A stretch of 57,961 bases of DNA from Vicugna vicugna (lineage: Eukaryota). Under the pieces are notes generated by a model that was not told where the DNA came from, did no database searches, and saw only the letters and a program-made list of their open reading frames with translations. A program made the translations under genes and the position numbers. Positions 40,027 through 53,067 of the stretch are shown here, in pieces (the first letter of the stretch is position 1; each line of letters opens with the position of its first letter). The stretch is from NCBI GenBank assembly GCA_013265495.1, contig MU057516.1:4914-62874 (forward strand), given 5' to 3'.

Positions 40027-40952
40027 ATGGAACAAAACAATCGTACCAAAGTGACTGAATTCATTCTCCTGGGATTTGCTGGTCAACACAAGTCTTGGCA
40101 TGTCCTCTTCATAGTATTTCTAGTGATCTACGTGCTCACCCTAGTGGGAAACATTGGCATGCTTCTGCTCATCAAGATTGAGTCTTCCCTTCACACCCCC
40201 ATGTACTTTTTCCTCCAAAACTTGGCTTTAGTTGATCTCTGTTATGCATCTGCTATCACTCCCAAGATGTTACAGAATTTGATGAGCAAAATAGATTCCA
40301 TCTCATTCGTAGGATGTATAGTGCAGCTACTTGCCTATGGTATTTTGTAACAAGTGACTGCTTCATCCTGGCTGCTATGGCAGTGGACCATTATGTGGCC
40401 ATCTGTAACCCACTCCACTATGCAACAGTCATGTCCCAGAGATTCTGCATTCAACTCTTGGTTGGCTCATACTTCATGGGTTTCCTAAATGCTTCTGTAA
40501 ACACAAGTTTTACTTTCTCACTGAACTTTTGCAAATCCAATAAAATTAACCACTTCTTCTGTGATATACCCCCAATTCTTGCCTTCTCCTGCTCCAGTGT
40601 TTCCTTCAATGCCATTTTACTAGCAGCCACTTTGTGGGGCTTGACGTTCACTGTGCTGGTCATCATCTTTTCCTACATATTTATCCTGGCTGCCATTCTG
40701 AAGATCTCTTCTGCTGCAGGGAAGAAAAAAGCCTTCTCCATGTGTGCCTCCCATCTGACAGTGGTCACCATTTTCTATGGGACACTCTCTTACATTTATC
40801 TGCATCATAGTACCATAGAGTCTCAAGAGCAAGAAAAAATGGCTTCTGTGTTTTATGGTGTTATGATCCCCATGTTAAACCCTCTCATCTATAGCCTGAG
40901 AAACCAAGACATGAGAGAAGCCCTGAAAGGGGTTGGAAAGAGGTGTATCTAG
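40027..40952 (+). pseudogene. Olfactory receptor pseudogene (frameshifted), OR5AK subfamily (OR5AK4-like)
   Basis: GCCATGG start; [89 protein letters not shown]. 1-bp deletion in the T run 40343-40346 gives TAA at 40348; apparent compensating indels in TM5 (~40625-40642). Confidence 0.95.
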
Positions 40953-42549
40953 TTTGAGCATCAGTTACTAAGTCAACACAGTTCACCAAGCAAACCAACA
41001 GTTCTCTTATTTCCCAAAAGCAGAAGGGATGACAAATATCTGTGGGTTACAAAGGCAATCCTTAATTATATCAATAGATCTGAAATGTAATGAAAACATC
41101 TTAAATGGGTAAGTAAGTTTCTAATTCATGTGTTTCTTAAGGAGAAAGCATATGAAAAGGTCTTTGATATTGCTTTTGTACATTTTGAGGGGCCCTTTTT
41201 TTCAAATACCTGCCCTTAAAAGAGAAAAGAAAAATACAGAGAAGTGTATAAAAACTGTTGTAATGTACCCATAACAAGTATAACATGAATGCTTACCAGG
41301 ACAAAAACCTCTTCTGATTTCCCTTAACAGGTGCTGTTACTCTTACTGTGACTCTGTAGCTACATCATTTTAATTTTATAAAGAATAAGTCAAAGAGCCA
41401 GTTTTTGGAGCAAATATGCAGAAAGAGGGAAAAAACACTAGAGTGAATTGCTACATAGACATTATGGAGCAATAGCCTTCCTTACTATACGTGGTCTGTA
41501 ACCAATTAGGAAATTGACATAGGAATTAGGCAAATATGGATCATAGCAACTTACTTTGGTAAAATTTTATTTTACACAAAAGTTGAATCTCCAGCCTTAA
41601 CCTCTTGCAGACTTAATGCAGGGTTTGGTGCTACAGAACAGAGTCATTTACCCAGAATTGGCATCTTATTTCCCTCAGTCTTCAAGGATGTGGAGAGATG
41701 GAGGAATCCAGGTGAATCCTGAGAAGTCATACTTAGGCTTGGGCATGAGTGTTCCATCCACTTAGGAAAAGACAGAATCAAGCACACACCCATCCTATTG
41801 CCAGGTGTCTTAACAAAAATATATCAGGTGTTATATTTCTCTCAATCTCTTTAATCAAGTAAACCATAGTATGTTGTTACTGAGAGGATTGACCAGGTGA
41901 GAGTTTACTGACTTTTTCAACATTTCCAGAAGTTCCAAATTGTGGATGGAATTATGAGCACAGGACCACTGTGAAATGGATCCAATCATAAAATGAATAA
42001 TATCAAAAGAAACCAGATGGTACCAGCCCATGCAGCAGAGTACACTTTTCTGCACTCTGGAAGAGACTCCCAACATTTGGAAGCTCTGATCCCACTCTAG
42101 GTTGCCTGGGGCCTGCCCAAATCTTCCTTGCAGAGAGAAACTGTAATTTCACTTGGGATGTAAGCAGATCCTCTTCAGAGAAGGAAGGAAAGGTCTTTAT
42201 CTTCACTACCCAAAACCATCTCTGGAGACAGAGACTACTCTTTTTCCATTCTGATGTGTCTCCTTTTACAAACATCCTTAAATATATTGGCTGTAAATGC
42301 ATTGTACAGAGGAATTGGACTGTGCAGACATATTCTTGGAAAATCTGTAAATTAAATAATATTGCCTAAATATTTATAAAGTAAAAAATGGGAAATACAC
42401 TGATGAAAGAAACATGTTACTGTAATAGTAAATGTTAATTTACCTCTTGCAGTTCATGGTAGATCAAGTTAAGAATAAAATTTTAACAAAATTACAGAAG
42501 AGTTATTTGACATAATTAATGAGAGTAAATACCATATACAGAAACTCTA

Positions 42550-43000
42550 TATTGGTGAAGCCTACCAATGAAACTCACTTGGAGTCAAAATTTAGACTTA
42601 TTATGCTTCTGCAACTCACTCCCCAGAAGCTGTAGATATATCAGTAAGAGGAAGGGGAGAGGGCTTTTTACAGCATAGGGGCTTTGATGATGTTTCTGAG
42701 TATGGATTAGGGAAGTGGATACTCTCTCTAGATTTGGAAACTGTCAAAAACCCGGAGAAGAACAGCAACTGGGTATCTCAGTAAGCATTGCTCAAGAGGC
42801 AGAAGGAGGAAAGTAGTAACAGTTATATCACTGGTGAGACGGTAGCAGTCACTTAGAAGCGGGAGTTGTTAGTCATCTTATAGTTGCCTTGTGGATTTGG
42901 GAGGTCCAGTTAGACATACAGCTTCTGGTCAGCTTTCTGTGACTACTGGCACAGTTAGACACGTCACTGTCTGATTACTGGCAGAACTGATTTTCATCTT
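42550..43000 (-). mobile_element. Old ERVL-class LTR (MER76-like)
   Basis: TTTGGAAACTGTCA..GGGTATCTCAGTAAG..CTGGTGAGACGGTAGCAGTCACT resembles recalled MER76 antisense text; boundaries approximate. Confidence 0.4.
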
Positions 43001-44289
43001 CATAGTAGCTTGAAACCAGCAAAACATCTTTCTTTGTTCCTTCTACACTTTCTTTTTCTCTTCCTTTCCTTCCTTCCTCCTTCTACCCCTTCATTCCTTT
43101 TTTCCTTTCTTCTTTCCTTTTTATGTACCCATAGAAGAATTACAGCAATATGGTAAACTCTAAAAATCAGAAATATATGGAAAATATTCTGTGATCCAAT
43201 GACCTAGAACTAGAATTTACCAGTAAAATTTGAAGGTAAAAACAACTAAAATTCTACCACTTTAAACTGAAACTCTCATTTAAACAACCTTTTGGTTGAA
43301 GATGAAATAAAACCAAAGTTAGCAAATACATATAATATAATATTTTATCAACTATCATGTAAAATTCTATAAACTACAAGGGTGTTCAAATAAAATTTTA
43401 TAACTCCATAAGTAATTGTGTTAATAAATAGGAAATGATAATAAATTAAATAAGTATACATTTCAAGGCATAAGAAAATAAGATTAAGGAAAGAAGAAAA
43501 GCAATAGTTATTTTAATTGATGTTAGAAACCACATAAATGTTAGAAATAATAAATCTAAGGATTCATTCTCTGAAGTTAAATGGATAAATATATGCTAAT
43601 TTATAAAAAAAATAATACTGGGGAACAAAGAAAATCTTTAAAAATAAGAGAAGAATACTTAGCTCAGCAATATCTAATTATATTAGAGAGCCTGATGGAA
43701 AGGATGTCTTTTCACTAAGAGAATACTGATTGCAAAAAAGATATTACAGAAGAGATTAAAGAACAGTTGACATAGAAAGAATAAGTAATTAAAGGGCAGC
43801 CTTCTCCCTAGAAAAGCACCAAGCCCCTTTAGAAGAGCAGAAAAACCTAGAATGGTCAAAAATTGTTTAAATGAAGACCACAGCTGGAGGGCCTATGCTG
43901 CCTCTTTTCAAGCCTAACTTAAAGATAGTAGATAAACGAGTCTTGGACATGAGAAAGACACATTGACCAATGAAACAAATATAGAGTTAAAAAAATATAT
44001 ATGCTAAGCTGATTTTCAAAGAAAGTACTAACCAACTCCATGATGAAATTACTGTCTTTTCAAAAACAATAGTCTTGAAAATAACTCTATTGTCTTCCTA
44101 CCATATCTGCAGTTTCTGAATTAGTCAATTCAACCAACCATGGATCAAAAATGTTATTGCACCCATATTGTGGCTCCCTGGAAGACCACACCATCATTAT
44201 TTGACCTAACTCAAAACTCTCATGCAATGCAAAGAGATTTTTTTTCCAAGCAAACTTGTTTAATATATATATATATATATAGTTATGCT

Positions 44290-45240
44290 TTAACATTGCA
44301 GCTGCCTAAAGATAGAGATAAGTGTTGAGCCAAACAATAGGCAAACCAGAAGCTTAAAAATAAAAGCTGGAGAATGAAACTTTCACAAGGATATTGAAAA
44401 CTTCCAATATATTCCTAAGAACTACAAGACTATGACCATCTGTAGTTCTGTGAGCTTGTGCTGGGCTGTGTTCATGTTCATGAAAAGACCTAAGAAGATC
44501 TTAAATGCTCAGTCTGGCTAACCCTGAGGCTGACACTCAAGTAGTAAGTAAAGGCAAATGTGGCATTATAAACTACCTTTACTGAGGATTAAATGCATAA
44601 TCCAATGTATACTCAGAGCTCACTGGCAAAGACTGGGAGATAAATGGGTTCCAGGAATTTAAATAAATCTCCTTCCAAAATCACTAGGTGACCACTAAAC
44701 TAACTAAGCAGAGACACTTAAATGATCACACATGAAAAGGAATACAATCTTTATGTGATTCATTCAGACAAATCACTAAACATAAGCATCAACAATATAC
44801 AACAAAAATAAATACTGGGGAGAAAGATAATCTGATTTCCAGAGAGTCTACATTGTATCATTATAAAATATTTATTTTTCAAAGGAAAATAGTGAGAAAT
44901 GAGAAGAATGAAGAAAATATGACTCTCACAGAGGGCAAAATTGCCAATAAGTAGAAACTGTCACTAAGAAAGCTCATATTTTAGATTTACTAGACAGAGA
45001 TTTTAAATCAACTATTTTAAATATGTTCAAAGAACTAAAAAAACACTTAAAAAGAACTAAAGGGAAATATGAGAATAATGTTTCGTAACAAAGAGAATAT
45101 CATTAAAATATATAAAATTTTTAAATAACTATTCTGGAGTTAACAAGTAAATATACTACTGAAAGTAGAGAGAACTGATTGATCATATAAGAGGATTCTC
45201 AATAAGATTACTAGCTAATTTCTCTTCAGAAAGCATGCAG
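44290..45240 (+). mobile_element. Old L1 5' end/ORF1 start (L1MC/L1MD-like)
   Basis: TCTGATTTCCAGAG..GATTTACTAGACAGAGATTTTAAATCAACTATTTTAAATATGTTCAAAGAACTAAA, typical ancient L1 ORF1 N-terminal region. Confidence 0.7.
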
Positions 45241-45241
45241 G

Positions 45242-45720
45242 CACATGGATGGAATTTCAGAATATGATACTGAATAAATAAGCCAGACAGAAAAGACAAA
45301 TATAGTATGTTCTCACTTATATGTGGATCTGAAACAAAAACAAAACAAAAGACAACCAAAAAAACACCAAGCTCTTAGGTACAGAGAATAGAACAGATTG
45401 GTGGTTGCCAGAGGCAGGGGGTGGAGGGTGAATGAAATGGGTGAAGGGGGACAAAAAGTACAAACTTGCAGTTATAAAATAAATAAAGGGAATATAGTGT
45501 ATAGCACCACAACTGTAGTTAATACTGTATTACATAGTCAAAAGTTGTTACAAGAGTAAATCTTAAAAGTACTCATCACAAGAAAAAAATCTGTAACTAT
45601 GTATGGTGATGGATGTTAACTAGATTTATTATGGTGATCATTTTGCCTTATAAAAAAAAAATCATTGTGTTGTACACCTGAAACTAATATAAAGTTATAT
45701 GTCACTTATAATTAATTAAA
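45242..45720 (+). mobile_element. L1MA9-like 3' end
   Basis: ACATGGATGGAA..AATAAGCCAGACAGAAAAGACAAATA..GTGGTTGCCAGAGGCAGGGGGTGG..TGTTGTACACCTGAAACTAATATAA. Confidence 0.85.
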
Positions 45721-47189
45721 ACCATCAACAGGATATTTTGGCTAACACAAATAATATGATTGTGTTAAGATAATAACAGTAACTTTATATATATTCAATG
45801 CAATTATAATGAAAATTCTAGTTAAAATACCTTGGAATTTAAGATTGAGCTTTCCAGATGTAGGTAAAAGTATCTATTAGAAATATTATCTTTTTCAGGG
45901 CTAAAGATATGAATAGTTCAGACTTGGTTAGAAATACACATGTTACATATTTAAGGCTAATGAGAAAAATAATATAACTTTAGATTGTAAATAAATTACT
46001 CAATCAATCAATCAATATTAAATCTTAAGGGCAGTTTTAAAGTGCATTTTAAAACCTTTAAAGTGAATAACACTTTAATAAATATAACAAAAAAGTAGAG
46101 AATAACTTTGCTGCATAAAAATCAAAGTTTTTGCATGTAAATTATAAAATTAGCAATATAAAATGATTAATATTAAGAAATACATGTTTGCAAATTTTAT
46201 AAGGAAGGAAGGGTTCTTGACTCAAAATATCAGTATAAAAACAAAATATTTTTAAGAGGGCAACATATATAAACATAATTCACAGAAAATGAAATACTAA
46301 TGGTTCTTGGACATGGAAAAAGATATTCAATCTGGTTTACAGGAGAAAACAGCAAATAAAACTAAAATATACTGTTTTTATGTATGAAACTTTTATCAGC
46401 ATTGTATTACAGAATATTTACAAGAATAGTCACTCTAGATTTGTTAGAAATGATTTAAATTGACAGAGTCTACTTCTGAAGGATAGTTGGGCAATATCTA
46501 TCAAATTGTGCAGTGTTTTATAACATTTGACCTGGAATTTCTTCTTCTAAATATCCTTTAATCCCACACTTATGCTCATTATTATACTTATTATAACTTT
46601 TTTTTAGTAAAAATTGGAAGCCATCTACATATGTAACAATAGAGAAGAGAGTTTAATTAAACATATTAAGCAATGCAACTATTCACTAAAATACTATACA
46701 ACCAATAAAGATTGAGATTTCTTTTTCCATGTAGATCATCTAAGAATACTAAGTGAAATGCAAGTTGCAGAAATATGTGACTGATACACTGTTATTTCTA
46801 TTGATGAGGAAGAAAGAATATAATATTAGTATGTTTGCAAAAGCAATGCAAGGCTAACATAGAAGAATACAGAAATTGTAATGATGACAATATCCAGGGA
46901 GGGAAACTAGAGATTGAGAATCAAGGGATAGAGTGTTATTTTCACTCTGTGCACTTTGGTACACCTGAATTTTTAACCATGTGGATGGTTGGTTATACAC
47001 CTCTGCACAAAAAGGAAGGCAAGAAGACAGAAAAGAGGAAGGGAGAAAGGGAGGAAGGGAGAGAGGGAAGAAAGAAGGAAGACAGGGAGAAAGGAAAAAT
47101 CAGAGGGAGAAAGGAAAAAGCAGAGGGAGAAAAGAAGGGAGAGAAAGAAGATAATTTGTCAATAGTAGGGCAACTCTTAACTATGAAAC

Positions 47190-47457
47190 CAGGAATTCCC
47201 TAAAGGCAATAACACACAAATATATTTTGTCCCCTCTGGCAGTCTGAACACTTATTCATCTGAGAATAACTAATGAATGTTGTTTTTCCCAATTCCACCA
47301 CAGGTCCTGGAAGCTCAGGTTCTCAAGGGATCCACTATTGATCCCACAGGCCCCAGCTATAAACTCCCAACTGTAAGGAACCACACAGAGAGACTTGGTG
47401 AGCAATCAGCTTCCATCATTTGCAGAAAGAGAATCTGGAGGCAGCTTTGGTGTAAGT
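47190..47457 (+). promoter_or_regulatory. Candidate OR promoter and non-coding exon 1 (donor GTAAGT 47452-47457) for the OR at 53068
   Basis: Homeodomain site TAATGA (47271-47276), O/E-like TTCTCAAGGGA (47320-47330), TATAAA (47358-47363), then about 65 nt of candidate exon and a donor. Paralogous to 34620-34848. Confidence 0.7.
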
Positions 47458-47939
47458 AAAACAAAGTAAATCCTATTTTTCAACATGAGACATGTATCAG
47501 TGCAGTGTGTGCAGGGAGTGGCAGAGTGAAAGGGTCAGTCAGTGTTCTGTCATGTCTTGCCCCAAGACCAGGAGCAATCACTTCATCACTGGTGATGTAA
47601 TGGAAATGCAGTGAGGGCACTCAGTTGGGCTGAACATTGCCTAGCAAAGGACATAAATGACCAAATAATTGAGTGAATTAATTGATCAACCAATCAATAT
47701 TATATGCCCTTAACTAAATATTTATTTGCATGTGTTACTATGGCCCTTCTTTGAGCACTAATACAATATCTAGCCTTCTGCAGGCAAGTTTACCTAAGTT
47801 TGCTCACTTGACCCTCACATTACAAAGCAGATTTTACATTTTCCTCTTCTTCATTTTTTAGCTTCTTATTTTGAAATAAATATATATTCATGAAAAGTTG
47901 CAAAGGTATTACATGGAGCTCCCGTATTTGATATCATCA

Positions 47940-48585
47940 TGATCAGGGAAGATACACTATGATTTAAATTCTTCTAAATTTATAAAGGATTTATTATGGC
48001 TTAGGATATGGTCTACTTTGGTATATAGACTTCTAGCACTGGGAAAAATGTATATTCTTCTCTTTTAGGTGGAGTGTTCAATAAATGTCTATTAGATCCT
48101 GTTGGTTGATGATGATGTTGTGTTTTCTATATCTTTGTAATTTTCAGTCTAGTTTCTCTATCGAGCATTGAGACAGGAGTGTTGAAGTATCTGATTGTAA
48201 TTATGTATTTGTCTATTTCTCCCTTCAGTTCTGTCAGTTTTTGCATCATATATAAATAGCAGCTCTCTTCTTTGGTGCCCACACCCTAGCACTTCTATTT
48301 CTTCTTGGTAGGTTAACCCTTTTATCATTACATGATGTCTCCCACTTGTCTTTGATAATTTTCTATGCTGTGAAGTCTACTCTATCTGATTTAATGTAGC
48401 CACTCTTTCATTTTTGATTAATGTTTGCACAAGTATATATCTTTTCTCTTCCTTGAAACGTACGTGTATCATTACATTTAAAGTACGTTTCTGGTACACA
48501 GCAGTTAAAAAGCATTTAACTGCTGTATACCAAAAACCTGCTTTCCTTTCCACCCAGTCAAATTCTTCCTTTTAATTGGTATTTA
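47940..48585 (-). mobile_element. Old L1 ORF2 endonuclease-region fragment
   Basis: Antisense EN text: GGAGTGTTCAATAAATGTCTATTAGATCC..GGAGTGTTGAAGTATCTGATTGTAATTATG..TTTATCATTACATGATGTC. Confidence 0.75.
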
Positions 48586-49139
48586 AAAAGTGAATCTTGG
48601 AATATCAAGAAAGAAGAGAGAGCAAAGAAAGAATGAAAATATGGATAAAAACAGTAGACCTTCTCTCTCTCTTCAAGTTTCTAAATTATGTTTGACAATA
48701 AAGCAAAAAGTTTAACCTTGACTGATATGATTTCCAATGTATTCCACATTTTACTCAAACTGCTAAAAGTAACACCAGCTTTGTACACATAATATAAACT
48801 TTGAGTAGCAACTATTAAAAAATAAACTATACAAAGATTTACAGTAAAAGCATTACAGATAAATCAAAATGAAATTCTTAAAAATGATCAAGTGACTCAC
48901 ACAAATGCAAACAACCAGAAACAAAAAAGAAAACAAAACATGAGATGATACACTTAAGCCTTAGCAAATCAATGAATCCATAAAATGTAAATGGTCGTCT
49001 TTGTTTTTAAAACAGGAAACATTATCAGTTGCCACTTTTAAAATGAAAGCAAAGGTGCAGAAGTTTATAAATTAAAGAATTGAAGTTTTCTCTCATCCAA
49101 TCCCACACCTATGAATAACTTAAGAATTTGATTACTTAA

Positions 49140-51123
49140 TCCCTAAAGACTGTACACAAAAACCAGTAGAGCTGATGAGCAAATTCAACAAAGTAGTAGG
49201 ATACAAGATTAACATACAGAAATCTGTTGCACTTCTTTGCACTAACAATGAAATATCAGAAAAGGAAAGTAAAAAAAAAAATTCTTCTTAAAGTCACATC
49301 AGAAAAGTTAAAAACTGGTATAAACTTGACCATTGAGGTGAAAGACTTATATGCTGAGAACTATAAAACAGTCAGAAAGGAAATTAAAGGTGATTTAAAG
49401 GAATGGAAAGTTATCCCATGCTCTTGGATTGGAAGAATAAGTACTGTTAAAATGGCCATACTACCCAAAGCAATCTACAGAATTACTGTGACCTTATCAA
49501 ATTACCCAGGATGTTTTCCACAGAAATAGAATAAATAATGCTAAAATTTATGTGGAGTCACAAAAGACCCAAAATTGCCAAAGCAATACTGAAGAAAAAG
49601 AATGAAGCTGGAGGAATAACCCTCCCAGACTTCAAACAATACTACAGATCTACAGTAATCAGGACACAATGGTGTTAGCACAAAAACTGACATATGGATC
49701 AATGGAACAGAATGGAGAGCCCAGAAATAAATCCACACACCTATGGTCAATATATCTTTGATGAAGGAGGCAAAAATAAACAATGGAGAAAAGAAAGTCT
49801 CTTCAGCAAGTGGTGTTGGGAAAGCTGGATGGCCACATGTAAATCAATAAATTTAGAACATTCCCTCACACTATATGCAAAAATATACTCAAAATGCCTC
49901 AAAGGCTTCAGCATTAGGCAAGATACTGTAAACCTCCTAGAAGAAAACACAGGCAAAACATTCTCTGATATAACTCTTAGCAATGTTCTCCTAGGGCAGT
50001 CTACCCCGGCAATAGAAATTAAAGAAAACAAAAAGACTACTTACGGAACGGAAAAGAATTATTTGTAAATGATGCAACTGACAAGGGCTTAGCTTCCAGG
50101 ATATACAAACAGCTCATACAGCTCAATAACAAGAAAACAAACAACACAATCAAAAAATGGGCAGAGGGCCTAAACAGGCATTTCTCCAAAGAGGACATTC
50201 AGATGGCCAATAGACACATAAAAAGGTGCTCAATAGCACTAATTATCAGAGAAATGCAAATAAACTACAATGAGGTATCACCTCACACTGGTCAGAATGG
50301 CCATCATTAAAATATCCACAAATGATAAATATTGGAGAGGATGTGGAGAGAAAGGAACCCTCCTTCAATGCTGTTAAGACTGTTATATGGTACAGCCACT
50401 ATGGAAAACAATGTGAAGATTCCTCAAAAAACTAAAAATAGACTTACCATCTGATCCAGCAATCCCACTCCTGGGCATATATCTGGAGAAAACTCCTAAT
50501 TTGAAAATATATATGCAACCTATTGTTCATAGCAGCACTATTTACAATAGCCAAGACATGGAGGCAACCTAAATGTCCATCAACAGATGATTGGATAAAG
50601 AAGTTGTGGTAAATATTACTAGTGATAAAAATGGAATATTACTAGTGATAAAATGGAATATTACTAGTGATATAGAGAACTATATAATGCAATTAGCAAC
50701 AACATGGATGGACCTAGAGATTATCATATGAAGTGAAGTGAGACAGAGAAAGACAAATATCATATGATATCACTTATGTGTGGAATCTAAAGGAATCATA
50801 CAATTAACTTATTTAAGAAACAGAAACAGCCTCAACAGACATAGAAAGTGATCTTATGGTTACCAAAAGCGAAGGGGAGAAGGGATAAGTTAGGAGTCTT
50901 GGATTTGCAGATACTAACTACTATGTATGTATAAAACAGATAAACAAGGTCCTACTGTATAACACTGGGAACTATATTCAGTACTATGTAATAGCCTATA
51001 ATGAAAATCAATATGAAATAGTACATGTATGTGTGTGTGTGTGTGTGTGTGTGTAACAATCATTATGCTGTACATCAGAAACTAATAGAATATTGTAAAT
51101 AGACTATACTTCAATTTAAAAAA
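49140..51123 (+). mobile_element. 5'-truncated young L1 (ORF2 C-terminal half + 3'UTR) with 18-bp TSD
   Basis: ORF2 peptides [77 protein letters not shown] (49122-49139) vs AAGAGTTTGGTTACTTAA (51124-51141). Confidence 0.95.
50612..50672 (+). repeat. Short tandem repeat, about 3 x 22-23 bp (AATATTACTAGTGATAAAATGG), inside the L1
   Basis: AATATTACTAGTGATA occurs three times in tandem. Confidence 0.9.
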
Positions 51124-51720
51124 AAGAGTTTGGTTACTTAAGTAAGAGTTCTTACTTAAGAGTTTGGTGTGTTTTTTTTCTGACCTTTATTCATAAATAA
51201 ATAAAAAGGATAAAATTGAAAGAGAGAATGGGAGTGAGAGAAAATTTGCCTTTTAGAAGGGTCCACGCTCTACCTATTATTCTACAACTTTTATCATTTG
51301 ATAATAATACATAGGCACTTTTCTGGTAAAAGTACATATTTATCTCACCTTTTGGGACTGTATATTGATCCATAATAAGAATGTGCTGTATTTATTTAAC
51401 CCCATTTCCAAACTTTTTTACTATAAATGGTGTTTCAATGAATATCATTATATTCTAAGCAGTTCTGGGATCTTGATGTTACAGAGGAAGGAACTGAGGC
51501 TAAAAGAGGTTACAACCTTTGTCTGTATTAACTGGTAGGACAAGAATTCACCCCAGGTCTGCTGGTTTCCTTTCCACTGCCCAATGCTGAATACAAATGG
51601 AGCCTCAGAAAGACTGAGACTGAGCATATGTTAAGTACATTCAAATTGCTCAGGTAGTTGGCCATTTTCTACATATCATACATTTGATTAGCAAATACAT
51701 TCATGTTAAATGGAACAAAA

Positions 51721-51848
51721 GAGGTGAGGGTATAGCTCAGTGCTTGAGCACATGCTTAGCTTGCACAGGGTCCTGGGTTCAATCCCTAGTGCTACCTCTA
51801 AAAATAAATAAGTAAACCTAATTACTTTCCCTTCCAAAAAAAAAAAAG
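51721..51848 (+). mobile_element. tRNA-derived SINE (camelid-type)
   Basis: GAGGGTATAGCTCAGTG..GCTTAGC..GTCCTGGGTTCAATCCCTAG + AAATAAATAAGTAAACCTAATTAC + poly(A). Imperfect TSD TAAATGGAACA / TAAATAGAACA. Confidence 0.88.
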
Positions 51849-52448
51849 ATAAATAGAACATAGAATCTCATACTGAGATAACCCACCTTTAATGTACACA
51901 TTGTGTGTCAGATGTGGGTGGTGGGACTTGTATGAGTTTCATTAGCTCTTGAGAAGTGTCTTCATTATGTAGCATCACTTCATCTAAATGCAGGCTGATT
52001 AAACTCAAATTGATATGACAAATGTAATAATAATTACCCTATCAAGATTCTACATTAAATGGACCTCTGTTCTATTCTAGCTTCATCTTGTAAGTACTTA
52101 CACCCAATGGATGGGTGCCTCCTTGAAAGGGCTGCATTTCAGCTATTTTACAGCAGAATAACGTGAGGAAGGAACTTGCACTAGCTTGTTTCTCCTCAGC
52201 CCTCACTAAATGTTGAACTAAAGAGAGTGGCTTCTTGTTCTCTGACAACAAAGTTACCCAACTGTGCTTACTTCAAAATATTTTAAAGAACCAGAGAAGC
52301 CCATATCAACAACAGGCTTAGTTTGCTACATTTCTACCACTGAAGACACATTTTTAGCATCTCATATATACAGGTACATAGCTTGGCTTAGAGTTACTGA
52401 CATCAGGATAAAGCAAACTCACTTTTTGACATGAATTTCCTTTACCAT

Positions 52449-52457
52449 GTCATATAT

Positions 52458-52501
<44 letters not shown>
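52449..52501. repeat. (TA)n microsatellite
   Basis: Direct inspection. Confidence 0.9.
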
Positions 52502-52503
<2 letters not shown>

Positions 52504-53067
52504 AATCCTTGGCTTGCAAAGAACATTGCCTGAAGTGAGGTGCATACTAAGAATAGCAGTACAAACTTTCTGAAGCCTTCAGACATATAATAAATCTCAG
52601 AAATTTCTCTAATTAAAAAGCTACTAATTTCAGCAGCTTGAACTAGGATTAAAATAATAAGTGTCTGAGAAAAACTATAGGTTATTAAAAAGGTACATGA
52701 TTATGTTTGAATATTACTCTACAAAACTATGAATACCTGTTTAATATAGTGGAAATATGTGTTAATCTATGTTTCTTAGAATCACAGATATTAGATGTGA
52801 GTCTACTTTTGTGAAAACTTCTTTATTTTGAAAATGGATCCATGGCTCACATGTCACTGCTTTTGTGATGGGTTCTTATCAGAAAATAAAAAAAATAATT
52901 GGAAATAAATAAACCCTGTTGTGAATGCTCACCATGAAAATCTAATTTTCAAAGTGACATAAAACAAGACCCTTTTCTAATTCAACAAATCTCAAAGATT
53001 TCCTTTCCTTTCTTGATCCTCCTCTTGGTCCTTTCTAGACGTTTTTCTAGGTCTTTTCTAGATGGTC

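Noticed and set aside
41855..42302. Minus-strand ORFs with a faint resemblance to a PRY/SPRY domain
   Set aside because: Similarity limited to a few residues, no splice or poly(A) context; more likely old LTR/LINE-derived sequence.
46835..47203. 122-aa Lys/Glu/Arg-rich ORF
   Set aside because: Produced by a purine-rich low-complexity tract at the end of an old L1.
50612..50672. Repeated 22-23-mer considered as a spacer-repeat array
   Set aside because: Head-to-tail slippage repeat inside an L1 with no unique spacers.
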